Notes under the pieces: generated by a model | Told to the model about the DNA's origin: nothing | What the model saw: the letters and a program-made list of their open reading frames with translations, nothing else | Databases searched by the model: none | Position numbers and translations under genes: made by a program | In this document: piece by piece, positions 8,770-18,943 of the stretch | Position numbering within the stretch: position 1 is the first letter of the stretch | Layout: every line of letters begins with the position of its first letter | NCBI GenBank assembly: GCA_051874735.1 | Contig: JBJEGD010000034.1 | Location: forward strand, 12,167-75,713 | Source: Candidatus Bruticola sp. | GTDB lineage: Bacteria > Vulcanimicrobiota > Xenobia > Xenobiales > Xenobiaceae | Length of the DNA: 63,547 nucleotides | Direction: 5' to 3'

Positions 8770-10178
8770 TCCGGCACCTCCGTATTGAGCACATACTGAA
8801 CGATTTCAGAACTTTGAGGCAACACGCCGCCGGAATGCTGTACATGGGCAATAGGCGGAATATTAGTGAGACCGGCACGGCTCAAAGCCAAACGCATTTC
8901 GTCTTCTAACTGACCGTAAGACGCTTCAACAACTATCAAACGACGAACTTTGCCTGTAAGCAGCAGTTCTTTGAGAGCTTTTATCGGGAAAGGCCACAAA
9001 CTAATAGGGCGGAAAAGACCGGCTTTAATCCCATGAGCACGCAAAGTGCGTATAGCCCCTTTAGTCATACGGGCCGGAGTGTTGGCAGCCACAAACAATA
9101 CTTCGCAATCGTCAGTCATAAAATTATCGGAACGCTGCTCATTTTCGATCATTTGGGCGTAGATTTCATTGAGATGCTGATTAAATAATTCTAGATCGGC
9201 TTCAGTCAAACGAATAGATGTGATTACATTGGCCCGATGCTCTCGATCTCCGGAGACAGCCCAATCAGGGATACCTGGTTCCACCATATGATCAGGCAGC
9301 TTAACTTTGCTAGTTACTTGACCTAAGTAACCGTCTCCTAAAATAATGACAGGCTGACGATACTTGAAAGACAGGCGAAAAGCTTCCATAGTTAAATCAA
9401 GCATTTCTTGGGGATCAGCAGGAGCTAGAGCCAGCGCATGAGTATTGCCGTGTCCTAATCCTCGACAAACCAGTTTTATATCGGACTGTTCTGGTCCGAT
9501 ATTGCCTAAACCAGGACCTCCGCGCATAATATTGACAATAACTCCCGGCACCTCAGCACCTATCATATAAGAAATACCCTCCAGCATAAGACTGAAGCCA
9601 GGAGAAGACGTAAAGGTCATGCAAGGGCGTCCAGCCCCTCCACAACCGTACATATAGTTGATCGTGGCCACTTCACTGACAGCTTGAATAAAAACTCCAT
9701 CAATATGAGGCAAAATTTTAGCCATTAGCTCGGCGCCTTCAGTCGACGGGGTAATGGGATAACCAAAAAAGTGGCGACATCCGGCTAAAAGAGCCCCTAT
9801 AGCTGAAGCGTAAGTTCCCTTGATCATTAAAGGCTGTGTAGGCGGCAAAGGAATAAGCTTATCAGGAATAGGCACCGCAGATGGCAACTGCTCGCGTTCT
9901 GCCTTTTTTTGTTCTGCTTCAGGTAGTTCCCAAAAATATTTAATATTGTCCGGATGTAAAGCGTAAGGCTCAGGACAAGCGCTAAAGCAAGTGCCGCAGG
10001 CTATGCACTGTTCATAATCGATAGATACGGGTACACATCCGGTTTCAGGATTCACTTCTCCTGTAAAAGCGATGCACTTTTTAGGACAGGCCGCAATACA
10101 GCGTCCGCATCCTTTGCAATACTGAGGCAGCAAAAACGGCTTGGGGCGCGCCTGTCTGCCCGATATATCTGGCGACAT
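8766..10178 (-). CDS. 2-oxoacid:ferredoxin oxidoreductase, fused 2x[4Fe-4S] delta + alpha subunit (VorB-like)
   Basis: Two CxxCxxCxxxCP motifs, then FFGYPITPSTE, TSSPGFSLMLE, RGGPGLGNI. Confidence 0.9.
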   Translation of the reverse strand: MSPDISGRQARPKPFLLPQYCKGCGRCIAACPKKCIAFTGEVNPETGCVPVSIDYEQCIACGTCFSACPEPYALHPDNIKYFWELPEAEQKKAEREQLPSAVPIPDKLIPLPPTQPLMIKGTYASAIGALLAGCRHFFGYPITPSTEGAELMAKILPHIDGVFIQAVSEVATINYMYGCGGAGRPCMTFTSSPGFSLMLEGISYMIGAEVPGVIVNIMRGGPGLGNIGPEQSDIKLVCRGLGHGNTHALALAPADPQEMLDLTMEAFRLSFKYRQPVIILGDGYLGQVTSKVKLPDHMVEPGIPDWAVSGDREHRANVITSIRLTEADLELFNQHLNEIYAQMIENEQRSDNFMTDDCEVLFVAANTPARMTKGAIRTLRAHGIKAGLFRPISLWPFPIKALKELLLTGKVRRLIVVEASYGQLEDEMRLALSRAGLTNIPPIAHVQHSGGVLPQSSEIVQYVLNTEVPE

Positions 10179-10369
10179 ACAAAAAAACCTCCGGCTGGAC
10201 TAAGACTGCTAGCTGTTTTGTACTCAACTCAACAGATTTCAGCTCATGCTTAATTTTGGCAAAAAATACCGATAAAACCTGCTAATACACCTCGATATAA
10301 ATCAGTGCAGGAAGAAAAGCCCCTAAAACAGAACCTGGTCGCACCACCCTAAACTTATGGCTGAAATCG

Positions 10370-11089
10370 ATGAAGCTAGTTGAGTTAACATACCAAAAAG
10401 ATACTAATTGCGACCTTGAACATGCATTTTTAGTATTACATACAGACACTTTATCTGAGCAATTCGCTGCTGAATTTGAAGAGCAGATAAACTATCTCGA
10501 TGATAATCCGCCTTCGGGCTGTCTGATTATCAGCAGTCGGGCATCTAATTTCTGGTGTTCTTGGACTCTTAGCGATATTAAGAATAAAAACAATTTTCTT
10601 AAACTACTGCCAGTCTGCTCAAAATTAGAAAAACTGCTGTCTCTGATTTTACATCTCCCCTGCCCCACAGTAGCTAAAATAACCTCACTTTGCCAAGGTT
10701 GGGGAATTAGCTTAGCCTTAAGTTGCGACTGGCGCTGGGTATCAGCAGAGGCAAAATTCAACAGCGCTGAAGTTTTAAACGGGTTGCCAGCAGGCTTCAG
10801 TAGTTGGATGCTACCCAAGTTAGTTGGCTACACGTCGGCCAAAAAGTTCCTTCTAGGGCAAGAAACTTGGAATGCAGCTCAAGCCTGTCAGTTAGGTTTG
10901 GCTGACCTTATGTTGCATGGAGATAGTTCAAGTACCGAAGCTGAAAAACTACGCCAATTGGGCTCTGCTCCCCGCTTAGCTTGGCTGAGCACGCGCCGCC
11001 TGCTGTCAGAAAGTTCGGCTTCTCTGCGTGAGAACCATTTAGGAGCATACTTAGCTTCCTTATCCCAAGTTGTCAATACTGAAGTTTAA
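10370..11089 (+). CDS. Enoyl-CoA hydratase/isomerase (crotonase) family protein
   Basis: PTVAKI...CQGWGISLALSCDWR...AEVLNGL...LPKLVG...AAQACQLGLAD crotonase pattern. Confidence 0.75.
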   Translation: MKLVELTYQKDTNCDLEHAFLVLHTDTLSEQFAAEFEEQINYLDDNPPSGCLIISSRASNFWCSWTLSDIKNKNNFLKLLPVCSKLEKLLSLILHLPCPTVAKITSLCQGWGISLALSCDWRWVSAEAKFNSAEVLNGLPAGFSSWMLPKLVGYTSAKKFLLGQETWNAAQACQLGLADLMLHGDSSSTEAEKLRQLGSAPRLAWLSTRRLLSESSASLRENHLGAYLASLSQVVNTEV

Positions 11090-11097
11090 AGCGGACT

Positions 11098-11802
11098 ATG
11101 CCTGCCCAAATAACCCCTTTTGCTGTAGATGAAAACGTTATGAAGCGCATACGTCCGATGCAGCTTCAAGACATAAAACAAGTAGCAGCCCAGCACTACG
11201 CAGCTATGGGGCACAGTCTGTGGGCCCAACTGGGAGTTCCATTTTTAGAAACTCTTTATCGAGGTTTGCTCCAGGATCCGCTTTTTGTGGCCTATGTTTA
11301 TATAGACGATGAAGAAGTACAAGGATTTATTGCCGGGAGTCTAGATGTACCGAAAACTTTTAACCGACTGTGGAGCCGCAGCGGCTGGCGATTACTGGGG
11401 CCGACTTTGCTTGGGCTGCTGCGTCGTCCCCAACTACTAAAATATGTACTGACCACGCCACTTTACTTTATACGGAGTGCAGTTGCAACTTCATCGAAAT
11501 CGGATACAACGTCTATTAAAGCAGAATCTCTCTTCTGTTCTTTTCGCCCTCAACTGCGCGGCACCAGAATTTCAGGTCATATAAATAAAGTGCTTTTCCA
11601 ACATTTTCTCCGAGAGGGCTGCCGCTACATAAAAATTACCACAGAAACTTCTAATCAGGCCAGTTTACGCCAGCTCAGTCATTGGGGCTTTGAAATAAAA
11701 GAGCAGTTTAACTTTTACGGAAAAGATATGTACGTTCTAACTATGGATCTGCAAAACAACCCTCGGCTACATGATGATTGCCAGTATTCTTGTCAGTGTT
11801 AA
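11098..11802 (+). CDS. GNAT family N-acetyltransferase
   Basis: IRPM..QD N-terminus, VQGFIAG, RPQLRGTRIS acetyl-CoA loop, TETSNQASLRQLSHWGFE motif B. Confidence 0.7.
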   Translation: MPAQITPFAVDENVMKRIRPMQLQDIKQVAAQHYAAMGHSLWAQLGVPFLETLYRGLLQDPLFVAYVYIDDEEVQGFIAGSLDVPKTFNRLWSRSGWRLLGPTLLGLLRRPQLLKYVLTTPLYFIRSAVATSSKSDTTSIKAESLFCSFRPQLRGTRISGHINKVLFQHFLREGCRYIKITTETSNQASLRQLSHWGFEIKEQFNFYGKDMYVLTMDLQNNPRLHDDCQYSCQC

Positions 11803-12323
11803 TCTATACGCAAAGTAACTCCCGCACCTAAATGTCCTTTTAGAGGCCCTTTGTCTTTGGTGTTCCAACGTTCGCGTATAGTACCGTCTTTATTTTGGCA
11901 GACAATAGTAAAAGAAGGTCTTATAGGAACGCGCAGTACGCGCCTCTCCCCCAACATGAGCATCATTTTATCGACGGCTCCACCCTGCATGAGCATATCG
12001 TCAGCTCCCGGATAAATATTTGCAAAAGTGCCCTCTCCCTCAACCCAAACATACCAGGTATCATTGCTGAAATTTGATACTTTAAGAAAACATTCGTTTA
12101 CAAAATAAAGACCTTTGCCCTCTGTAAATTTTCCTTCAAATTGCTTTTCAATACGATCAGAATAAATCGACAACAGAATAGCGGCAGCATTTTCCTCGCG
12201 ACTATAAGGAGTTCCGGGAGGAAGGACATCACGATCGACATCATATTTTTGACAGCCGACAGTGCAACTGCAAATTATCAATAAAATAATTAATAAAGAC
12301 AAGCGCCTCATATTAAGAATCAA
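11799..12323 (-). CDS. Hypothetical exported protein/lipoprotein
   Basis: Basic N-terminus, hydrophobic stretch, lipobox-like TVGC. Confidence 0.6.
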   Translation of the reverse strand: MILNMRRLSLLIILLIICSCTVGCQKYDVDRDVLPPGTPYSREENAAAILLSIYSDRIEKQFEGKFTEGKGLYFVNECFLKVSNFSNDTWYVWVEGEGTFANIYPGADDMLMQGGAVDKMMLMLGERRVLRVPIRPSFTIVCQNKDGTIRERWNTKDKGPLKGHLGAGVTLRID

Positions 12324-12512
12324 TGCGACACCGCAATTTTATTCCCCTGCCCCAAGTTTTGGCTATATACTGATTACCGAAAAAGGATCTGCTAACTAAA
12401 AACTATAACTGCCTTAATATCTTGTTCAGAGTCGGCTAGGCTGCTAAAAAACCAGCGTGAAACCTTCTCAAGAAATAGAAATCAACTTAACCGATAGTTA
12501 ACAAGTGCGCCA

Positions 12513-14438
12513 ATGATAAAATTCCTGAAAAAAATTAATAATTTAGAATGGATATGGGTTGCCGATCTACTGATTATCAGCTTTATCAGCGTAGTAGCTA
12601 TTTACGCCAACGTAATTTGGCAAATTAACTATACGTTTCCGCCTCACGCTGACTATGCTCACCATTTTTTAGAACTTTCAGCCATGGAACTGCGTATAAA
12701 CAGCTGCACTAGCTGGTTAGAAAAGCTGCTGACTTTTTTCTTTTGGCCAAGTTCCTACCCTCCCGGAATGTACTGGTCAGCTTACTTAAGCTCTTTTTGT
12801 ATAGGGCGCGGCGTTATGTCGGCCATGATGAGCCAAATGTGCTTCTTCCCCCTGCTCAGTGCCTCTATCTATTTTATGGTGCGTCCAAGATACGGTTTAG
12901 TCGCCGCAACTTCAGCAGCGGTTATCTGTGCTTCTTCCGTATTTTTATGCATGGGTTCCATAAGTTACATAGTTGACTATCCTTCGGCAGCTTTTACAGC
13001 CTTGTGTTTCTGCCTTTTTTTCAACTCAAATTTAATGCAGAGAACGGATAAAGCCATAGCTTTAGGATTATCTTTAGGGTTGGGCTGCTTATTCAAACCC
13101 ACCACATTTTTATTCGTAGCTCCGGCCCTTATCATTCTCTTTTTTATAAAGCTGAACCAACTTTGGATTTATAAAGGTAGACTGCTCATTTCCCTAGCTA
13201 TGATCGCTTTGCTATCTATCGCCCCAGTAATAGCCGCAGGATATGTTTACACTTGGCCTAGCTGCAATGCAGACTTAACTAGTTTTTTCCCTGTATACAA
13301 AATAGTCTTCATATTGGCAGCTATGATTGGAGCGGTAGCCCTATTTATCAGTGCTTTTTATTTATGGAAGCCCAATAACCAACATGAAGAAGCTGTAAAA
13401 CTGATGCGTAACCTTATGTACGCCTTTGCTTGCTTCTATTTTATGTTTTTCCCCTGGGCTTCAGCTAACTGCTCCACTATGTTTTGGCGTTCTCACCATC
13501 TGGGCACTCAACTGTTGAACAATATTGTCATTTTTGGTCCCGACGTCTATTTTCATGGTTTAGCTGAAGGATTGGGCGATTTTCCTACCCTAATAATAAC
13601 TATGCTAGGAGTCCTTTACAGCTGGCGCTCTCAAGGAAATTTAGAAGAACGCTTGGCTGTTATTTCATGTTTGACCGCCAGCCTTATTTCTATATTTATG
13701 CTCAGTCCGGCAGTACGCTATCTGCTTCCAGCTATAGCTGTAGGCTGCTATTTTTTTACAGCTTTTTTCCGTCGTATCCCCGGAGGATATGTTCTGGCTT
13801 TGCTGTTGGCTAGCACTATGTTTTGGCTCAATATTATGGAGTCGATACTTTATCCAAGTTACGAGGACAGTTTCAGCATAACCAAAAACTACGGTCCTAT
13901 TAATATGTACACTAGTCTCTTTCCCTATCCCTCGACGGCTGATGTTCCTTTCAAAAGGGGATGGGATTTTGCCGCCCAACTTCACAATACCGTACAATCT
14001 TCTAATAGCGATCCGCTCTTCGTAGCAGTGCTGGTGCACAATAAATATCCCAATATCAATGCTGCCGAATCTTTCAAAATAGGCATGCACACCTGGTCTA
14101 ACTATCACAGCGGCAGCATAGTACCGGTATTAGTAGACGAGACTATGGGCACTAAACAAACCCTACGCTTAGAACTGCATAGAAATCTGCTTAACATGGT
14201 CCAGTCCCATCCCTTACAGGCAGAAATTTTAGCCCAAATCATCAACAACTGTCAGCATCATCATTACGACTATGTTATAGATGTTCACGCCCGCGAACTA
14301 CAGCCATTTGCTCCGGAGAAAATCAGTTACTTGCTGCGAAACGATAAAAATCTTCCTATAAATTTTAATACGGTTATCACTACCAAAGAGTATATTGCCA
14401 CTCTTTATTCATCAGGAGAAATATACCTTAAATATTAG
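12513..14438 (+). CDS. Multi-pass membrane glycosyltransferase (GT-C fold, ArnT/PMT-like)
   Basis: More than 10 predicted TM segments, first-loop PPHADYAHH, YPP, DYP, GLGCLFKPT and RYLLP motifs. Confidence 0.65.
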   Translation: MIKFLKKINNLEWIWVADLLIISFISVVAIYANVIWQINYTFPPHADYAHHFLELSAMELRINSCTSWLEKLLTFFFWPSSYPPGMYWSAYLSSFCIGRGVMSAMMSQMCFFPLLSASIYFMVRPRYGLVAATSAAVICASSVFLCMGSISYIVDYPSAAFTALCFCLFFNSNLMQRTDKAIALGLSLGLGCLFKPTTFLFVAPALIILFFIKLNQLWIYKGRLLISLAMIALLSIAPVIAAGYVYTWPSCNADLTSFFPVYKIVFILAAMIGAVALFISAFYLWKPNNQHEEAVKLMRNLMYAFACFYFMFFPWASANCSTMFWRSHHLGTQLLNNIVIFGPDVYFHGLAEGLGDFPTLIITMLGVLYSWRSQGNLEERLAVISCLTASLISIFMLSPAVRYLLPAIAVGCYFFTAFFRRIPGGYVLALLLASTMFWLNIMESILYPSYEDSFSITKNYGPINMYTSLFPYPSTADVPFKRGWDFAAQLHNTVQSSNSDPLFVAVLVHNKYPNINAAESFKIGMHTWSNYHSGSIVPVLVDETMGTKQTLRLELHRNLLNMVQSHPLQAEILAQIINNCQHHHYDYVIDVHARELQPFAPEKISYLLRNDKNLPINFNTVITTKEYIATLYSSGEIYLKY

Positions 14439-14536
14439 TTTATTTATCAGCTAAAAAGGCATTTTCAATGATTCTTCGAGCGCCCTAATTGTAAAGCGGC
14501 AGACTGGAAAATCTACAGTTAACTAGGTAAAAAAAC

Positions 14537-14571
14537 AGCGGTTTAAGGCTAGCCTACAGCCTAAAACCGCT
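14537..14571. terminator. Probable bidirectional terminator between convergent genes
   Basis: AGCGGTTTAAGGCT...AGCCTAAAACCGCT stem flanked by A- and T-runs. Confidence 0.55.
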
Positions 14572-14662
14572 TATTTTGTTTTCTGTTTTAAATGCGCCCA
14601 AACAACAGGCGAAAGCTATACGTGCAGTGCTCACAAAACTGGCTATCTCTAAGCTAACTAAC

Positions 14663-15628
14663 TTATCTAGCAGCAACAAACAGCATCTGCTCAATATTAA
14701 AGAAAGTGCCAACGGGATCACTAACATGAGAAATAGTGGCTGCTCTATATCCGGAGACCATTACTAAATCATCGATGCAACGCGATTCGCCAGGAGCTAA
14801 ATTTCCCCAAAGGTAAGGATCTAAGATTCTACTAGCACCGACATAGCCGCCCTTATGATGGACCTCGCCTTCAAAGCGGAAGTTAAGCGGCTCGCTGCAG
14901 TTATTAATTACAGTGACATTAAAACGTGGTGCCAGATAAACTTTGATAAACTCACGACCTTCTTCATCGACAATACGGGCCTCATCGGACATATAGTGTT
15001 GTTTATCGACTCTCCCCTCATAGACGGACATAGTGTAATCGGGTTCTATGACGTAAATCAAATCTTTGACTATTACGCCGCCTTCACCGCCTTCGCCACC
15101 TTCTCCACCTTCGCCATCACCATCTGCACCGAATCCGGAATGTTTGCCGAATTTATTGCCATATTTTCCATAACCGTGTCCAGTAGGATAGCCAGGCCCA
15201 CCCAAAGCAGAAACTCCTAACTTGGGCATATCAGGGTCGATAGCGGTACGCAAACCAGATCTTCCCGAACCGCGCCCAGGCTTCTTTACAGGATCACCGG
15301 GAGTGCCAGGTTTGCCTGGAGTTACCCCATATTTAGTCATGCTCGTTTTAGGGATATGGGCGTACTTATCTATGTCGTGAGGTTTTACCGGCTTGGGCTT
15401 CACAGTTGACTTTTTTACTGGCGAAGGAGTAGGCGGTACAATCGGCAGTTTTATAGAGTCCACTAAAGAAACTTTTGAAACTACACGCAAGCTTTCATCT
15501 TCGTTAGTATTCTTAGGTGAATACCAAGCCAAGGCCGCCAAAGCCATAAAATGGAAAACCAAAGCTAACACCACAGCCAAATGAATCGGACGAAGAACTT
15601 TATTATTATCAAATTCGTAATCGTTCAA
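14663..15628 (-). CDS. Hypothetical membrane-anchored protein with TonB-like N-terminal architecture
   Basis: Single TM helix with His (LALVFHFMAL), Pro/Lys-rich linker, Gly-rich GEG repeats, beta-rich C-terminal domain. Confidence 0.6.
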   Translation of the reverse strand: MNDYEFDNNKVLRPIHLAVVLALVFHFMALAALAWYSPKNTNEDESLRVVSKVSLVDSIKLPIVPPTPSPVKKSTVKPKPVKPHDIDKYAHIPKTSMTKYGVTPGKPGTPGDPVKKPGRGSGRSGLRTAIDPDMPKLGVSALGGPGYPTGHGYGKYGNKFGKHSGFGADGDGEGGEGGEGGEGGVIVKDLIYVIEPDYTMSVYEGRVDKQHYMSDEARIVDEEGREFIKVYLAPRFNVTVINNCSEPLNFRFEGEVHHKGGYVGASRILDPYLWGNLAPGESRCIDDLVMVSGYRAATISHVSDPVGTFFNIEQMLFVAAR

Positions 15629-15656
15629 CTCTGATCACCTAAAACAATTCTGCAAA

Positions 15657-15694
15657 CAAAAAACAGTCCCGGCATCGCCCACACTGCCGAGATT
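15657..15694 (-). terminator. Probable terminator after the 15741-16409 gene
   Basis: AATCTCGGCA...TGCCGGGACT followed by a T-run on the minus strand. Confidence 0.5.
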
Positions 15695-15740
15695 ACTATT
15701 TATTAGGGGACGGATACCCCCGGCAGAAGATGCGCTAAGT

Positions 15741-16409
15741 CTACCCCACCCGCTTCAATACTTCCGCCCCTGCTTCTGCGAGTTCCACACAACTACTATT
15801 TGATGCGGCAGTAATTACAGGCAGAGCCGTCCTGCCCAGCATTTGCACTGTGTCACGCAAAACCTTAACTTTTTCAGATCCGTGACCTTCTGAGCGCATA
15901 AATGAAACTAAATCGGGCAAAATTTCCGCGCCGAACTTCTGTAACAGCCAAGAAGTAACCTCGATGGTGTGTTCATCGAATGGTCCAGAAATAAGCTCAC
16001 GCCCCAAAGCCATGAGATAATGACGATAACGCCCAGGATAGCGCCGGAACACAGCCCGAACCAAAGCAAATTTCATGTAAGGAACAGTGCATCTGTCAGC
16101 AGCTCTAAAAATAGCATTTACGTATCCAACAGGATTTTTGTCCATCATCAGTTCAGCGACTTTGTCGACAACGCTAACTCCCCCGAGAAGCAAGCTCCCC
16201 AAAAGCTCAAAAGCTATATTTTCCAAAGACTTAGGATCTGCACTTAACTCCTCAGCTACTTTTTCAAATCCTAGCTTTTCCCGCTCTGCTCTGTCAGAAT
16301 CAGCAATCTTTTCCTGAAGACTGACCGCTTCAAGGTCACTGCCTAAGAAGATTTCAAGCAATTCATTTTTTTTGCATTCACAAGAATTACGGTTTTGCAG
16401 TTCACACAT
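15741..16409 (-). CDS. Hypothetical alpha-helical (HEAT-like) protein
   Basis: Long ORF with amphipathic helices; GAAGGA RBS before ATG 16409. Confidence 0.6.
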   Translation of the reverse strand: MCELQNRNSCECKKNELLEIFLGSDLEAVSLQEKIADSDRAEREKLGFEKVAEELSADPKSLENIAFELLGSLLLGGVSVVDKVAELMMDKNPVGYVNAIFRAADRCTVPYMKFALVRAVFRRYPGRYRHYLMALGRELISGPFDEHTIEVTSWLLQKFGAEILPDLVSFMRSEGHGSEKVKVLRDTVQMLGRTALPVITAASNSSCVELAEAGAEVLKRVG

Positions 16410-16581
16410 GCTTGTTCCTTCGCCGTAGCAGATTTTCAAACCTTTTTTACAGACCAACAGCGTCAGTACTTAACCTTTTGCCATGTCATAGTAGCGAGAA
16501 GTGTTTAGTTGCTCAGTTAAAGCAAGACTTTAATGACTAAAACTAGAATTCAAGCCCGATTTACAGTAAGCGAGAGAGTCA

Positions 16582-18789
16582 ATGATTGCAAGATTTTTTA
16601 CCAAGTTTAAAGACATATTGCAGTCTATGCAGAATAACGACAGGTTAATTCGCGCAGCTATCGGTTTCTTCTTATACGCTGTGTCTATAACGATGCTCAT
16701 TATTACCGATTTGCCAAGCGTAAACAAATTTGAAGTAGGCAAACCGGCTCCTTGGGACATAAAGGCTTCGCGTTCGGTGCAGATTGTCGATGACGCCCGA
16801 TGGAACAAAGCCAAAGAAGAAGCAGCCGCTCAAGTTGCTTCCATAGAAAAGATCAGCCCTCAATCGCTAGAAATAGCCAAGAACAAAATTGACCAAACTT
16901 TTGAAATTATTCGCGAAGCCCAGCGCCGCAAAGCTTCAGGAAAGTTCACCAACGAAGAAGCATCGGCAATTTCTATTGAGGTTCCCCTGAACCTGCAGTT
17001 ATCAACCGTAAAAAGTCTGCTCGCTTCTAGTGTGCCGTCTCTAGAGCAGTACTATACAAACAGTGAGCACATTCTTGGTATAGTTATGCAGACTGGAGTG
17101 CGTGAAGACGAAAAAGAAGCAGCTTACAAACGCATAGAGCAGGAAGCCCGCTCTCTACCAGGTTTAACTGAGTCAAATGCCGCTATAGACGCCGAAATAG
17201 CTAAAGCCGCTCTTATTCCTAACAAATTTATAGACTATAACGCCACTCAACAAGCCAAAATTCAAGCCCAAGAACAAGTTGAACCGATTACAAAAACTAT
17301 CATCCCTGGGCAGATAATAATACGCGAAGGCGATATAGTATGCGAACGCGATATTCACGTTCTAGAAGCTCTGGGAGTGTACAAAAAAGGCATAACCTGG
17401 AGTTCTATATTCATCAGTTTAACAATGGTGCTGATTTTGCAGTCAATAGCCTGCGTATACGTAAAGCTTTATGTTCCTCAGCTTTACACTAATCTGCGCC
17501 TAACTTTCGGTACGGCAGCTCTCTGCGCCGTTTTCATAGTAGTTTCTCATTACACTACCATGCTGTCTCCATATCTGCTACCTATAGCATTTACTAGTAT
17601 GCTCATCTCTATATTAGCTTGTCCTCTCTTGGCTCTGCTTTCTGTGTCTATGCTCGGAATTTACGCAGGGGTTATGACCAATACGCTGGAGGCAGCCGTT
17701 TCCGTATTAACTACAGGAATGGTCGGTGCTTTAGCGGTTCAAAGCGCCAGCAAACGCTGGAATGTGGTCACAGCCTCATTGTGGGTGTGGCTTACTAACG
17801 TACTAGTCGTAGTTCTTTTTTCCCTCAGTGGAGGAGGCAGCCTCGATAAAATAGCCATTGACGCTCTTTTCTATGGAGGCTTAAACGGGCTTCTACCTGC
17901 TTTAATTGCCGCAGGAGCTCTCCCCTTCCTGGAAGGTGCCTTGAAAGTGACTACCCACATAAGAATGTTGGAACTAGCTAATCCAAACGAAGCGGCTTTA
18001 CACGAACTGCTCAACAAAGCTCCGGGAACTTATATGCATTCTATTATGGTGGCTAACTTAGCTGAAGCAGCTGCTCAATCTATAGGTGCTGACTCTATGT
18101 TGTGTCGAGCTGGAGCTTACTATCACGATCTGGGTAAAATGAAACAGCCTAATATGTTTGTGGAAAATCAGACTGGCCAAGAGAATCCACATGATAAACT
18201 GCCGCCGGCCCTTTCAGCCATGATTGTCATTTCTCACGTAAACTTGGGTAAAGAATTAGCGTTAAAATATAAACTTCCGCCGGAGATTGCCAAGTTTATC
18301 CCGGAGCATCACGGTACTAACTTAGCTTCTTTCTTCTATCAGAAAGCCAAAGCTCAGGAAGACGAACCAGTTTTTGCCGAAGACTTCCGCTATCCAGGTC
18401 CACGGCCGCAGTCAAAAGAAACAGCTATAGTCATGATCTGCGACGGCATAGAAGCGGCTTCACGTACCTTGCCAGTGCCAAGTCGTGAGAACCTGAAAAA
18501 TTTAATCGACAAGATAGTAAACAGCATTATTAATAATCATCAGCTTGATGACTGTCCCCTATCTATGCGAGACATTAATACAGTAAAAGCCTCTATACTG
18601 CGTTCCTTGACCAGCCATTATCACAATAGGGTCGCTTACCCAGATTCAAAGAGCCTAGGCAAGAAGTCGGCTTCCACCACACCGACTCCCCCCTCTTCTC
18701 CCGTTCGCCCACCTGAACCAACAAAAGAGAAACAGGCTGAGGTTACAACAGATTCTAAAAAGCCCAGCTTCCCATCACCTTCAAACTAG
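16582..18789 (+). CDS. pgpH: 7TM-HD phosphohydrolase, cyclic-di-AMP phosphodiesterase PgpH/YqfF-like
   Basis: Extracellular domain, TM bundle, APGTYMHS, YYHDLGK, EHHGT, FRYPGPRPQSKE; upstream of ybeY. Confidence 0.85.
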   Translation: MIARFFTKFKDILQSMQNNDRLIRAAIGFFLYAVSITMLIITDLPSVNKFEVGKPAPWDIKASRSVQIVDDARWNKAKEEAAAQVASIEKISPQSLEIAKNKIDQTFEIIREAQRRKASGKFTNEEASAISIEVPLNLQLSTVKSLLASSVPSLEQYYTNSEHILGIVMQTGVREDEKEAAYKRIEQEARSLPGLTESNAAIDAEIAKAALIPNKFIDYNATQQAKIQAQEQVEPITKTIIPGQIIIREGDIVCERDIHVLEALGVYKKGITWSSIFISLTMVLILQSIACVYVKLYVPQLYTNLRLTFGTAALCAVFIVVSHYTTMLSPYLLPIAFTSMLISILACPLLALLSVSMLGIYAGVMTNTLEAAVSVLTTGMVGALAVQSASKRWNVVTASLWVWLTNVLVVVLFSLSGGGSLDKIAIDALFYGGLNGLLPALIAAGALPFLEGALKVTTHIRMLELANPNEAALHELLNKAPGTYMHSIMVANLAEAAAQSIGADSMLCRAGAYYHDLGKMKQPNMFVENQTGQENPHDKLPPALSAMIVISHVNLGKELALKYKLPPEIAKFIPEHHGTNLASFFYQKAKAQEDEPVFAEDFRYPGPRPQSKETAIVMICDGIEAASRTLPVPSRENLKNLIDKIVNSIINNHQLDDCPLSMRDINTVKASILRSLTSHYHNRVAYPDSKSLGKKSASTTPTPPSSPVRPPEPTKEKQAEVTTDSKKPSFPSPSN

Positions 18790-18943
18790 TTTTGTAAAGA
18801 CAATTAAACAAAAGGTTAATAAAAAAGCAAAAATAGCGGGGAGGGCTTGAGCACACACCCAAGCGAAGATCGCCCGCGCGCGGGCGCGTTTCTTAGTTCT
18901 TACAAAAAATATCCCGGCCAATTTTAAGAGGAGAAATAAACTT

